Source of the DNA: an uncultured Planctomycetota bacterium
GTDB lineage: Bacteria > Planctomycetota > Planctomycetia > Isosphaerales > Isosphaeraceae
Direction of reading: 5' to 3'
DNA length: 64,000 bases
Assembly: GCA_963737655.1 (NCBI GenBank)
Contig: CAVTTN010000002.1
Span: 4,640,001 to 4,704,000 of the forward strand
The translations under genes and the position numbers were made by a program. Position 1 is the first letter of the stretch, and every line of letters starts with the position of its first letter. The notes under the pieces are model-generated. The model saw nothing but the letters and a program-made list of their open reading frames with translations, did no database searches and had not been told where the DNA came from. This document shows positions 52,180-62,890 of this stretch, piece after piece.

Positions 52180-52863
52180 GTGACCTCGATGGCCACATCC
52201 TCGCCAGAAATCCCGATGCTCCTGGCCGCGGTCCGGCGGGAGGCCGCCCGCGCCGAGTTCCCGATCGACCGGCCCGTTTATGAGAAGGCGGGGAAAGACC
52301 CGCTCGACCCGATCCTCTTCGGCGGGTCGCTCGAGGCCCCCGTGGCCGTCCTCGGCCGGGACCTGGGCAAGGACGAGGTCGCCCACGGCCAGCCGTTGAT
52401 CGGCGCGGGAGGGCGGCTGGTCCGCCAGGGGTTGTTGAAGGCTCGAGGACTTTCGCCTTCGAAGGCCGAAGACCCGTGGCTCGAATCGGCCTTGAAATTC
52501 GCCTTGCTGACCAACACGGTGCCGTTCAAGCCGCCGGGGAACAAGGCGTATCCCGATCGCGTGAAGGAGCGGTTCCGCCCGTTCGTGGCCGAGCTGCTGG
52601 TGGGCTTCTGGACGGGAGATCGCGTCCTGACCCTCGGCACCGAGGCCTTCCAGTGGTTCGCCCGATACGCCGATCCGGGAGCCTCCGAGGCATTCTGGGC
52701 GAGGGAAGATCGCTACGAGGCCGATTTCCCGTGCACGGTCGTGGCCGGTGCGCAGAGCAAGCCCGTGATCGTGGCCCCCCTGCCCCATCCGTCGCCCTTG
52801 AACCAGCGATGGTACGCGAAATTCCCGGACCTCCTGGCGGCCCGGCTGGCAAATTCGGCCTGA
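52180..52863 (+). CDS. uracil-DNA glycosylase family protein
   Basis: GQPLIGAGG, LTNTVPFKPPGNK, PLPHPSPLN. Confidence 0.85.
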   Translation: MTSMATSSPEIPMLLAAVRREAARAEFPIDRPVYEKAGKDPLDPILFGGSLEAPVAVLGRDLGKDEVAHGQPLIGAGGRLVRQGLLKARGLSPSKAEDPWLESALKFALLTNTVPFKPPGNKAYPDRVKERFRPFVAELLVGFWTGDRVLTLGTEAFQWFARYADPGASEAFWAREDRYEADFPCTVVAGAQSKPVIVAPLPHPSPLNQRWYAKFPDLLAARLANSA

Positions 52864-52974
52864 ACGGACCGCGGCGAGGATTTCGCCGAGAACGAGGTTC
52901 TTCGGGGTTGCCGAACCGTTGGGTGGACGGTACGTTATGAGCACGAGGGGCTCTCGTTTTCCCGGGAGGTCGAA

Positions 52975-53397
52975 GTGCGTAAAGTCCAGATGGTCACCGA
53001 CCGTGAGCTGGAAATCTTGAAGGTGCTCTGGGTTCGGGGCAAGGCGAGCGTCCGGGAGGTCCAGGAGGACCTGGTCAAGTCGGCCGGCCCGGTCGCCTAT
53101 AGCACGGTGCAGACCCTCCTGAACATCATGGAAGAGAAGAAGGGGCTGGTCCGCCACGTCGTCGAGGGTCGGACGTTCATCTACGTCCCCAAGAAGAGCC
53201 CGGATCGCACGATCCGCGAGCTGACCCAGAGGTTCGTCGATCGGGTCTTCGACGGGGCGTTGGACCGGGTGATGGTCGCCCTGCTCGACACCAAGAGCCC
53301 CAGCCCGGAGGAGTTCGAGAAACTCCGGGCGATGATCGACGAGGCCCAGCGCCAGACCGAGGCCGGAGGCGCGACCGCCCCGGCGACGCCGGAATAA
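52975..53397 (+). CDS. BlaI/MecI/CopY family repressor
   Basis: ELEILKVLW..G.ASVREV...AYSTVQTLL...FVDRVFDG. Confidence 0.92.
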   Translation: MRKVQMVTDRELEILKVLWVRGKASVREVQEDLVKSAGPVAYSTVQTLLNIMEEKKGLVRHVVEGRTFIYVPKKSPDRTIRELTQRFVDRVFDGALDRVMVALLDTKSPSPEEFEKLRAMIDEAQRQTEAGGATAPATPE

Positions 53398-53521
53398 TTC
53401 CGATCGATCCGATCGGCCGGACGGGCTTCCTCAGGGCCCGCCCGGCCCGACGGTTCGCCCCAGGCACGTCCGCCCCCTCCTTCGAGGGGATGGGCCGTCG
53501 TCGGCGGGAGGCGTTCGGCCC

Positions 53522-54943
53522 ATGGGCGGAGTGGTCGATCGGCTCGGGATGCTCCTGCTCGACGGGGCGGTCGCGACGACCCTCCTGGTCGGCCTCGTCG
53601 CGCTCGGGATGATCGCCTGCGGCCAGCCGGCCCGCCGCCTGTTCCTCGCCCGGGGGGCGATCCTCGCCTCGCTGGCCGTCGTGCCGTTGGCCGCCTTCGC
53701 GCCGATCCCCCGCTTCCCCCTGGCCGAGCCGATGTTCGCCCTCGCCCCTCCGGCCGAGGCCGGGCGCGGGGCCGACGAGCCTCGCCCCCCGAGACCCGGG
53801 CCGCTCCGCCCGCGGTGGACTCGCGGGCTGGTGCTGACGAGCCTGATCGGGACGACCTCGGGCCTGATCTGGCTGGCCCTCGGCTGGCTCGGGACGGTCC
53901 GGCTCGTGGCGGGCACCGTCGAGGCGTCCCCGGAGAGCCTGGCGGTCTTCGACGCCCTGCCGTTTCGAGGCCCGGCCCGCCGACCTCGGCTCCGGGTGAC
54001 CCCTCGGCTGGCCCGGCCGGTCTTGCTCGGGTTCGTTCGCCCAATCATCCTGATCCCGACGGATCTGGACCAGCCCGACGCCTCCGGGCCTCTCCGCCTC
54101 GGCCTCCTCCACGAGCTGGCCCATGCCGGCAGGCTCGACCCCCTGTTCGCCACGATGGGCGCGCTGGCCCAGGCCCTCTGGTTCTTCGTCCCTCCGGTCT
54201 GGTGGGTCCGAAGGCAGATGAGGCTCGACGCCGAATTCCTGGCCGATCGGCTGGCCACCGACGGTTTCGGCCCGGCGGTCTCCTATGCCTCCGGACTCGT
54301 CGGGATGGCCGCCCCCGACGGGGTCGCGAACCCCGCCCCAACGCTCCTTCCGGGCCCGCCTTCTGCCGGCTCGGCGCTGTTCCAGCGGGTCTTGATGCTC
54401 GTCCGGTGCCCGTTCCCGGTCGAACCTCGACCGCCCTGGGCCTGGCGGCTCCTGATGGTTCCGATCCTCACCGGAGGAACGGTCCTGGCCTCTGGGATCA
54501 CGCTTCGAGGGATCGCGACGTCCTTTCACCAATGCTTCGGCGGCGGTCCGAGACACGATCACGGCCGGTTCACGATCGCCAGGCTCTCGCTCCACCCGCC
54601 CCAGCCCGGCCCCGATGGCCAGGTCCGCCCGTTCACGCTGGTCCCCCACCTTCCGGATCGGTTCGAGCTCACGGTGAACGTCTGGGCCGCCCGGGCCGAC
54701 CTGCCCCAGATCGCCCTGGCCGGTCGATGGCTCGGCCCGGCCGAGGTCGAACCCGAGGACGCCGCCGGGGAGGAGTCGTTCCACGAGGTCCGGCTCGTCC
54801 GAGAGGGCGCCGGCCTGGCCCTCTGGGTCGATGGACGCCTCGTCCCTCCGGGGCCTCGCGACCTCCCGCCGACCCCGTTCCTGACCGTCCAGTCGGCCCC
54901 TCCTCACTCGGTCCGGCTCCGCGATCTCACGCTGGTCTGGTGA
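53522..54943 (+). CDS. M56 family (BlaR1-like) metallopeptidase
   Basis: PVLLGFVRPIILIP, HELAH, LWFFVPPVWW, EFLAD; follows BlaI. Confidence 0.85.
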   Translation: MGGVVDRLGMLLLDGAVATTLLVGLVALGMIACGQPARRLFLARGAILASLAVVPLAAFAPIPRFPLAEPMFALAPPAEAGRGADEPRPPRPGPLRPRWTRGLVLTSLIGTTSGLIWLALGWLGTVRLVAGTVEASPESLAVFDALPFRGPARRPRLRVTPRLARPVLLGFVRPIILIPTDLDQPDASGPLRLGLLHELAHAGRLDPLFATMGALAQALWFFVPPVWWVRRQMRLDAEFLADRLATDGFGPAVSYASGLVGMAAPDGVANPAPTLLPGPPSAGSALFQRVLMLVRCPFPVEPRPPWAWRLLMVPILTGGTVLASGITLRGIATSFHQCFGGGPRHDHGRFTIARLSLHPPQPGPDGQVRPFTLVPHLPDRFELTVNVWAARADLPQIALAGRWLGPAEVEPEDAAGEESFHEVRLVREGAGLALWVDGRLVPPGPRDLPPTPFLTVQSAPPHSVRLRDLTLVW

Positions 54944-55060
54944 TCGAGCCGCGCCGACTCGGCCGGGAATCGCGGTTGACGGTTCCGGCCCCGGCGGCGA
55001 TAACGCGGCCCGATCTCGGGAGCGCGCCGCGACCCGTCCGGCCCGGGAGGCCGCCTCGCC

Positions 55061-56620
55061 ATGACGCCCGCCGATCCCTCCTCGTCCTCGACCCGACCGG
55101 CCTCCACCCGCCCGAGCCGGGGGCTGCGACGAGTCCCCGTCAGGGCCGAGCCCGGCGGCCGGGCCCTCGATGCGCTGGGCCTCGGGCTGGTCCTCGTCGG
55201 CCTCGCCCTGTGCCTCCGGGCCACGTCCCGATTCGGGCTCGCCCCTTCGATCGGCCTGATCCTGCCGGGGCTTCGGCTCGTCGGCTCGAAGCCCTATCGA
55301 ACTCGGGCTCTCGCATTCCTCGGCAGGAGGCTCGCCGAGGTCTCGGCCTTCGCGAACGGGGGCGGCCCGGTGCCGTGGCTGGCGGCGGTCGTGTTCGTGG
55401 CCATCCCGTTCTTCCTGATCGACGCGTCCAACGGCCGGACCCTCGGCGCCGTCGATACCAAGCCCGTGATGATGACCGCCGCGAGCCTGGTCCGCGACGG
55501 CGACCTCGACGTCTCCGAATTCGGCCGGGACGGGCGATCCAGCCTCCTCCTGGACCGCATCGGCCGGCTCTTACCCTGCTTCCAGAGAACCGGTTCGGGC
55601 ATCTACTCGGCGTTCCCGCCGGGGATGCTGCCGTTCGCGGCGCCGGTGGCCGGGCTCGCCCGGCTCGTGGGGACGGACCTCGATTCCCGGCTCGTCCTGA
55701 TCCGGCTGGAAAAGGTCGCGGCGTCGGCGACCGGCGGGCTGGTCGTGGCCCTGTTCTTCCTGAACGCCCTGTGCCTGGGGCCCCCCCGGGCGGCGGCGGT
55801 GGCGACCGCGTTGCTCGCCTCGGGATCGGCGATCTTCACGACGGTCGGCCTGGGGATGTGGCAACACGGCGGGGTCTCGGCGTGGCTGCTCGCGGCCCTC
55901 CTGGTCGAGCTCAAGACGCGAGGGACGCCGACCCCTCGCGGGGTGATCGCCCAGGGGATCGCCTGCGGGATGCTCCTGACCTGCCGGCCGACGGCGGCCG
56001 TCCTGGTCGTCGGGTTCGGCCTGTGGGTCCTGCTCCGAAGCCCCAAACGGGCCGTGGCGATGGCGAGCGTCGCCGTGGTGGCGTATCTCCCGTGCGAGGC
56101 GCTCTATCTGAGCGTCTACCGCAACCCGCTTGGCCCGGCGACGATCGCCATGAACGCGTCGGGGCCATTCTGGAACTTCGGCCGGCTCGAAACGCTCGCC
56201 GGGGTGTTGGTCTGCCCGGCCCGGGGGCTGTTCGTGTATCAACCCTGGGCGGTCCTCGCGGTGGCGGCCGTCTTCCTCCGCAAGCCGAACGCACCGAATG
56301 GGTTCCGGGCGTTCGTTCTGGGCGTCTCGGCGGTCCACATCGCCTTGATCGCCGCGTGGCACGACTGGTCGGGCGGCTATTGCTGGGGTTCGCGACTGCT
56401 CACGGAGATCGTCCCTCTTCTCGGCTTGCTCGCCGTCGGGCCGATCGGCGGGATGCTCCCATCGCGATGGGGGCGGGCCGCCCTGGTGATTCTGGGCCTG
56501 CTCGGCGCGGCGGTCCACCTGCCGTGTGCCTATCTCGACGCCAACCGATGGAATTATGTGACGGACCACGACCGCGATTTGTGGTCGTGGAGCCGCGCCC
56601 CCTTTCTTTATCGGAAGTGA
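55061..56620 (+). CDS. polytopic membrane protein, GT-C glycosyltransferase-like
   Basis: Multiple TM helices; WQHG, PARGLFVYQP, WSGG..WGSRLL motifs. Confidence 0.6.
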   Translation: MTPADPSSSSTRPASTRPSRGLRRVPVRAEPGGRALDALGLGLVLVGLALCLRATSRFGLAPSIGLILPGLRLVGSKPYRTRALAFLGRRLAEVSAFANGGGPVPWLAAVVFVAIPFFLIDASNGRTLGAVDTKPVMMTAASLVRDGDLDVSEFGRDGRSSLLLDRIGRLLPCFQRTGSGIYSAFPPGMLPFAAPVAGLARLVGTDLDSRLVLIRLEKVAASATGGLVVALFFLNALCLGPPRAAAVATALLASGSAIFTTVGLGMWQHGGVSAWLLAALLVELKTRGTPTPRGVIAQGIACGMLLTCRPTAAVLVVGFGLWVLLRSPKRAVAMASVAVVAYLPCEALYLSVYRNPLGPATIAMNASGPFWNFGRLETLAGVLVCPARGLFVYQPWAVLAVAAVFLRKPNAPNGFRAFVLGVSAVHIALIAAWHDWSGGYCWGSRLLTEIVPLLGLLAVGPIGGMLPSRWGRAALVILGLLGAAVHLPCAYLDANRWNYVTDHDRDLWSWSRAPFLYRK

Positions 56621-56722
56621 GGCGAATCTGCGCGAGGACCGGTCCATCCCGGTCGTCCAAGAAAGGGACTCTTCGGACGAATCCCCCCTGAATCGCACCC
56701 TTGGACCCGGAGGACCACGACC

Positions 56723-57415
56723 ATGAACCGCATCCGGACGATGATGCTCGCCTCGGCGGCTCTCGGGCTGATCGGCCCGGCGGCGCGGGCCCAGTTCGGC
56801 GGAGGGGCTCCGAATCCCGGCGGTATTGGCCGCTATCAAATGCACATCTCGGCAGACAATCGCATCTTCGTGATCGACTCCGTCACCGGGCAATGCTGGA
56901 GCAAGCAGCTCACCGGCTCCTGGGAAAACCTGGGCAGCCCGGCGGCGGCGAAGGCCGCTCCGGCCAATCCGGCGCCCGCTCCCGGAGCGGCCGAGGCCCC
57001 GAAGCCGGGCGGAGAGAGCGTCAACGGCCAGGCCGTGACGACCGGCAATCCCCAGTTCACCCTCACCTGGGACACCAAGACCGACCTGGACCTCCACGTG
57101 ATCGAGCCGGGCGGCAAGGAGGTCTACTGGGAGCAGCGCAACGGCGGCAAGGGCGGCTCGATGGACGTCGATGACGTGGACGGATTCGGGCCCGAGAACA
57201 TTTTCTGGCCGGAGGGGCCTCCGGGCACCTACAAGTGGTTCGTCCAGTATTACGGAGGGTTCGGCGCGAGGAACGTCCCAACTCGCTGGAAAGTCCGAAT
57301 CCGCCAGAACGGGCGGGAGTCGGTGGTCGAGGGGACCCTGGAGCAGCTCGGCCAGAGGAGCCGGACGGCCTCGGTCGAATTCGCCCCCGAGAAGCCGGCC
57401 CCGGCGGCGAGATGA
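56723..57415 (+). CDS. exported YfaP/DUF2135-like protein
   Basis: Signal peptide; LTWDTKTDLDLHVIEP, DVDDVDGFGPENI. Confidence 0.8.
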   Translation: MNRIRTMMLASAALGLIGPAARAQFGGGAPNPGGIGRYQMHISADNRIFVIDSVTGQCWSKQLTGSWENLGSPAAAKAAPANPAPAPGAAEAPKPGGESVNGQAVTTGNPQFTLTWDTKTDLDLHVIEPGGKEVYWEQRNGGKGGSMDVDDVDGFGPENIFWPEGPPGTYKWFVQYYGGFGARNVPTRWKVRIRQNGRESVVEGTLEQLGQRSRTASVEFAPEKPAPAAR

Positions 57416-57581
57416 TCGCGAAGACCGGCCCGGAGGCCGATTCGCCCGAAGTTCGTCTCCGCGAAATTGATCCGTTCGGATAACCTACCCCGATCCCGGT
57501 CCTCCTCGGCATGCGTTTCGCAACGATGGGTGGCCGGGCCCCGGCCGCCCGAGCCGGCCGGGATCGGGGAGGGTCCGTCTC

Positions 57582-60500
57582 ATGAAGGGTCTGTCCGGTG
57601 GCTGGCGGTGGGTCGCCCTGGGGGGCGTCGCGGTGGTCGGGGTGGCGATCGGAGCGATGCTCTGGATCGTCCCCAGGGTGATCGCCGGTCAGGTCCGTTC
57701 GCGGTATGACGGCCAGGTGAACATTTCCGGCTGGTGGATCGGCGGGTCGTCCTCGGGTGTCAAGGGGCTGACGCTCCACGAATCGAGCGACCCGACTTCG
57801 CCGGTCTGGGCCCGGGCCGAGGCCGTCGAGACCGATTTGACGATCGGCGGCCTGCTCTCGGGCCGGACGTCGCCGAAGAAGATCACCCTGGTCCGCCCGG
57901 CGCTCGTCTTCCGGATCGATCGCGACGGCAGACCGCTGACTCGCCCCTCGATCAGGGGCGGAAGCGGTCAGGCCGGGGCGATGCCCGAGGTGATCGTCCG
58001 GGACGGGACCGTCACCCTGAAGCAGGAAGGGCGGCCCGAGATGGTCGTCGCCGGGGTCTCGGGACGGCTCGGCCCGCCCGATGCCGACGGCTCGGAGAGC
58101 TTCCGGGCCGATTCCGGCGACTCGACCTGGGGCGCGTGGGAAGCCACGGGCCAGTTCGCCCCGGGATTCGCCACGGGCCGGATCACGCTCAAGAGCGTCT
58201 CGGGACTGGTCGCCGACGCCGACAAGACGGCCCGCATCCCGTTCGTGCCGAAGGAGGTCTGGGACCACGTCCGGCCCTCGGGTCCGATGGGCGTGGCCAT
58301 GACCGTGACCCTCGGCAAGGCCGCAACCGTCGTCACCGATCTGAGCTACGGGGAGACGACGCTCGGACTGCCCAGCCTCGGCCTGGTCACCACCGGCACG
58401 ACGGGCGGGATGACCATCGAATCGGCCATCGTGACGTTGAAGGGGATGCGGGGCCAGAGCCTGGGCGGGGAGGTCCGGGCCGACGGCACCCTGGATTTCT
58501 CGAAGAATCCCTCGCAATTCGACCTCACGCTGGGCCTCGAAGGGATCGACGTGACGAAGGCCCCGACGAGCTGGCAGTTGGGCGAGGCCGAGATCACCGG
58601 GAAGCTCTCGGGGCGGGCCGACCTGGTCGTCGCCCTGAAGGAGAGCGGGGCCGACCTGACCGGCTCGACGGGCCAGGCGACCGTCTCCGGCGGGTCGATC
58701 GGCGGCATACCGATGAAGTCGATGAAGCTCGCCATGAAGGCCGAGGGCGACGACCTCCAGTATAAGACGGCCGAGGAGCGGGGCGCGATGCTCGACCGCC
58801 TCGCGCCGATCTTCCTCGCCATTCAGGCCCCGGCGTCGAAGGACGACGCGAAGCCCACTCCCGAGAAGAAGGCCGGCGGCTTGATCCTGCCGAAGACGAT
58901 CTCCACGAGCGTGGAATTCGAGGACGTGGACCTCGTCCAGTTGATCGCCCGCGCCGAGGCGATGGGGATTCACCTGCCGGTCCCGGTGGCGGGCAAGCTG
59001 TCCCTGAAGGCCAATGCGACGATCCCTCTCGGGGCCTTGAAGGACGTGAAGCAGTACGCCTTCCACGGCGAGGCGACCCTGAAGGGGGCGGCGATCGACA
59101 ACGTGGACCTGGGACGGGTCTCGGCCAGGCTCGACCTGGAAAACGGCGTCCTGGACCTCACCGACTTCCGCGGCCGGATCGTCGATCGGCCCGACGGAGG
59201 GACGGCCAACCCTCCGCCTCCGACCGAGGCGGAAAAGCCCGATGCGCCCCTGCCCCCGGGCGGGTTCCTCGGCCGGGTCCATGCGGAGATCAGCCCCCAG
59301 GGCGCCCTGACGGCCCATTTCGAGGGGAACGCCCTGCCCGTGGGCGAGCTGGCGGCGCCCGCCCTGCCCCATCCCAGCCCGCTTTCGGGCCTGGTCACGT
59401 TCCACCTGGACGCCTCGGGCCAGGTGGCGAAACTCTCCGACACGTCCCAGTGGACGGCCTCGGGCCGGGCCGAGAGTCGGAAGATCACCTATCGAGGGAC
59501 CGTCCTGGACGCCTTTTCCTCGACCTTCCAGCTCAAGAACGATCACCTTGAGATGCCCGACATGGCCGCGACCCTGGGAGGCCAGCCGCTCAAGGCGGGG
59601 ATCGCCCTGGGGCTGGCCGCCCCGAATGACTTCTCGGCCCATCTGGACGTGGCCGGCTGGGACCTCTCGGATATCCTGGCCTTCGTCCCCTCCGCGCCAG
59701 ACCGGCCCCCGTGGCGGGCAAGGTCACCGCGAAGGCGGAGGCGAAGGGGACGTTGCAGCCGTTCGACGTGACGAGCAACGGCCAGGGGCATCTCCTCGGG
59801 TTCCGAGCCGGCCCGGTCCCCCTCGGCAACATCCCGTTGAAGTGGGAGACCAGGGGGGACGTGATCGCGATCTCCGCCACCGAAGCCCGGCCGTTCGGCG
59901 GCGAGGTCTCGGCCGAGGCGACTGTCCCGGTGAAGGGGGACCGGCCGATCTCCGGGACCCTGACGATGAAGAAGGTGGACGTCGCCCAGCTCTCGGCGGC
60001 GACCGGAGACAGCGGGCTGAAGCTCTCGGGCAAGGCCGACGGCAAGGCCTCATTCACGATCCGGCCGAACCCCCCGGCCGGTCAATCGCCGATCGTGGCC
60101 GAGGTCAGCCTCCGCGCCCCCGATCTGACCGTCCAGGGCATCCCGGCCGAGGGGGTCCAGGCGACCGTCTCGCTGCACGGCGGGGCGCTGAAGTACGACC
60201 TGTTCGCGCAGAGCCTCGGCGGCAAGATCAAGTTCACCGGAGACGTGCCGCTCGGGGCGACATCGCCGTCGGATCGGCCGGAGATCAACGCGACGCTCCA
60301 GGCCGTGGGGTTCCGCCTGGAATCGCTGTGGAAGCCCCTGGGCATCTCCGGGGCGGTGGCGAAGCTCCGGGGGCTGGCGGCGATCGACGCGAATTTGCGG
60401 ACCCATCGCGACAACCCCGACCTCCGGGCCCGCGGGATCGCCGAGGTCCGCGAACTGGCCTGGGGGCCGAACTTTCCGATCGGCTCGATGAAGGGGACCG

Positions 60501-61564
60501 TGACGATCTCGCCCCAGGGCTGGGCGGTCTCCCTGATCGCCGCCGAGATCCTCGGGGGGACGGCCCAGGGCGAGCTCTCCGGGGGGCCGGAGGTCGAGGG
60601 GGTCCGACCCATCGATTTCCGCCTGGAAATGGACCGCGCCTCGCTCCGCCGAGTCCTGGCGTTCGCGCCCGGAGTGGCCGAGCAGGTCGACGGCTCGGGG
60701 ACGGTCCGGGCCTCGGGCCGGCTGGGCGAGACGTTCCGGGCCGACGGCGAGGCGATCGTGCCGGTCGGCCGGCTGTTCGGGATGCCCGTGGCGGACCTCC
60801 GCGCCCGGCCGAGCTCCAGTATTCGCCCGGGGGCGGGCTCGGCAGCCTGAACGTCCGGCGATGGTCGGCCCGGTTCGCCGGAGGACGGATCGCCGGGGAC
60901 GCCAAGCTCGGGCTCGGCAACGAACGGACCTTCGCCGTCGATGCCACGCTCGCCGCGGTCGATCTGGAGAGCCTGATCCGCCTGTTGACCGAGGTCAGGA
61001 AGCCCGCCTCGGGCAAGATCTCCGGCAAGGTCGCCCTCCAGGGACCGGACCTCGATCGCGCCGAGCGCTATCGAGGCCGGATCGACCTGGACCTGGACGA
61101 TGCCTCCCTCGTCGACCTCCCGCTCTTTCGCGGAGCTCGACCGGTTCCTCGGCGCCGCCCGGGGCGGAGTCTTCGAGGACGGCGACCTCCACGCCTCGAT
61201 CGCCAATCGCCAGATGCTGGTCGAGGAATTCACCCTGGTCGGCCGCCTGGTCCAGCTCCACGCCACCGGCACGGTGGGCTTCGATTCGAAGCTGGACCTC
61301 GAAGTCCTCATCAACACCAACCAGATCATCTCCCAGACCGGCCAGGCGCTGGCGGGGATCATCCCCAGGGCCTCGGGGGGAGGCCGAGACGCCGCCGGGT
61401 CCGCCCGGTTCGCCGGCTTCCTCGCCAATCGCCTGCTCAAGTTCCACGTCGGGGGGACGCTCTCCGCCCCGTCGGTCAACTTCGACCCGACCATCGCCGT
61501 CGGCGAAGGGGCCGTCGGCTTCTTCGCCGGAGTCCTCAAGCTCCCCCTGGAATTGCTGAGGTGA
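57582..61564 (+). CDS. AsmA-like envelope protein (frameshifts near 59705, 60810, 61125)
   Basis: N-terminal TM anchor, long repetitive beta-rich sequence, C-terminal HVGGTLSAPSV. Confidence 0.75.
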
Positions 61565-61626
61565 GACGGAGTCGGGACCGCCACAACGCCAGAATCCTGG
61601 CGTCCCGGCGGTTCTTCCTCCCGGTC

Positions 61627-62463
61627 TCATCGCATCCGGGTGGCCCCGTTATCGACCATCGCCGGACGGCCCGTGAAGGCGCCGGCCCGTCGGGTTTGAT
61701 CGACGATCTGGACGAACCCGGCGCGGGTTTCGGCGGGGATCTGGGCCTGCTTCGTCGCCACGGACTTGGCCCAGTCGGGATAGGTCTCGACGAGCCGGCC
61801 CATCAACGAGACGAACATCCCGGCCTCCTGGACCTGGTCTTCCAGGAGCTTCTCGATCAGGGGGCGGAGCGTCACGCCGACGGCCTTCCACCCCCGCGAA
61901 TCGACCCTCACGAACGCCTCGACCTCGTGGCGGACCCACAATTCCCCGTTCGCCGCCTCCTTCTCGCGGAAGAACCCGGTGCGGACGATCAGGACGATTC
62001 GCCCCTGGAGCCTCGCGCCGCCCCGGGGGGCGGAATAGTCGAGGTCGCACAGCAAGATGTTCAGCCGGGGGGATCGCAACGCATACTCCCACGTCGCCGA
62101 AGTCCCCGCGCCGTCGGTCCCCTGGAAGCGGTTGGGCCCGACCTGTTGAAGCTTCGCCGAGGTCGGCCCGAGGTCTTGCCAGAGCGCCAGGGTCAGCGCC
62201 GGCTCGCTGAGCAACTTCATGTACAGCCGAGGGTTGCACGGGAACGTATCGGGCTTGCCCTGGCGATGGAAATGGGCGTCGCGGATCACCTCGGCCACCG
62301 GGTCGCGCAGGGGAGGCGCGACCTGATCGAGCGGGACGACCGCCGCCGGGTCCACGCGGCGGACCCCGGCCCGGGCGTCGTCATCGCGGCCGGGAAGCGG
62401 GGCGAGAACCCCGACGATCCCGGCCAGGACGCCCATCCATCGCCTTGAGGAGCGGGGATTCAT
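61627..62463 (-). CDS. exported hypothetical protein
   Basis: Signal-like N-terminus, high GC3 codon pattern. Confidence 0.65.
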   Translation of the reverse strand: MNPRSSRRWMGVLAGIVGVLAPLPGRDDDARAGVRRVDPAAVVPLDQVAPPLRDPVAEVIRDAHFHRQGKPDTFPCNPRLYMKLLSEPALTLALWQDLGPTSAKLQQVGPNRFQGTDGAGTSATWEYALRSPRLNILLCDLDYSAPRGGARLQGRIVLIVRTGFFREKEAANGELWVRHEVEAFVRVDSRGWKAVGVTLRPLIEKLLEDQVQEAGMFVSLMGRLVETYPDWAKSVATKQAQIPAETRAGFVQIVDQTRRAGAFTGRPAMVDNGATRMR

Positions 62464-62890
62464 CGAGCCCTCCGTGGAGCAGTCCATCCGCTATCGATGA
62501 AGGCCCGAGCCGACCCGGCATCCTCGTCCGAGGGCCTCGCGCCATGCCCCTTCCATCGGCCGGAATCGGCCCTGTCCTGTCGCCGAAGCCGACAATCCGG
62601 GCAATTTCCGAGGTCGTCGCGAAAGCGGGGGATCTGGGCAAAATCCCCGATGCGCCCGGCCGCTCCGCGAACCTCGGCCGGCGGATTTCGACGAGTTCCG
62701 GGGTCGCGAAACGCGGCCCGGAAGTCGGCCCGCTCGGGCTGGTCATCGCCGGCAAGGGCCTCGGTCGGGCCATCGCCCGAAGGGAATGCCGGGCGAACTG
62801 GCCTTGTCGCCCTCGGCGATGGGGTTAGGATGTCGCGCCATGATGGGCAAGGGCGTCGAACGGATTCGGCCGAAGAGGGAGGATGCCTCC

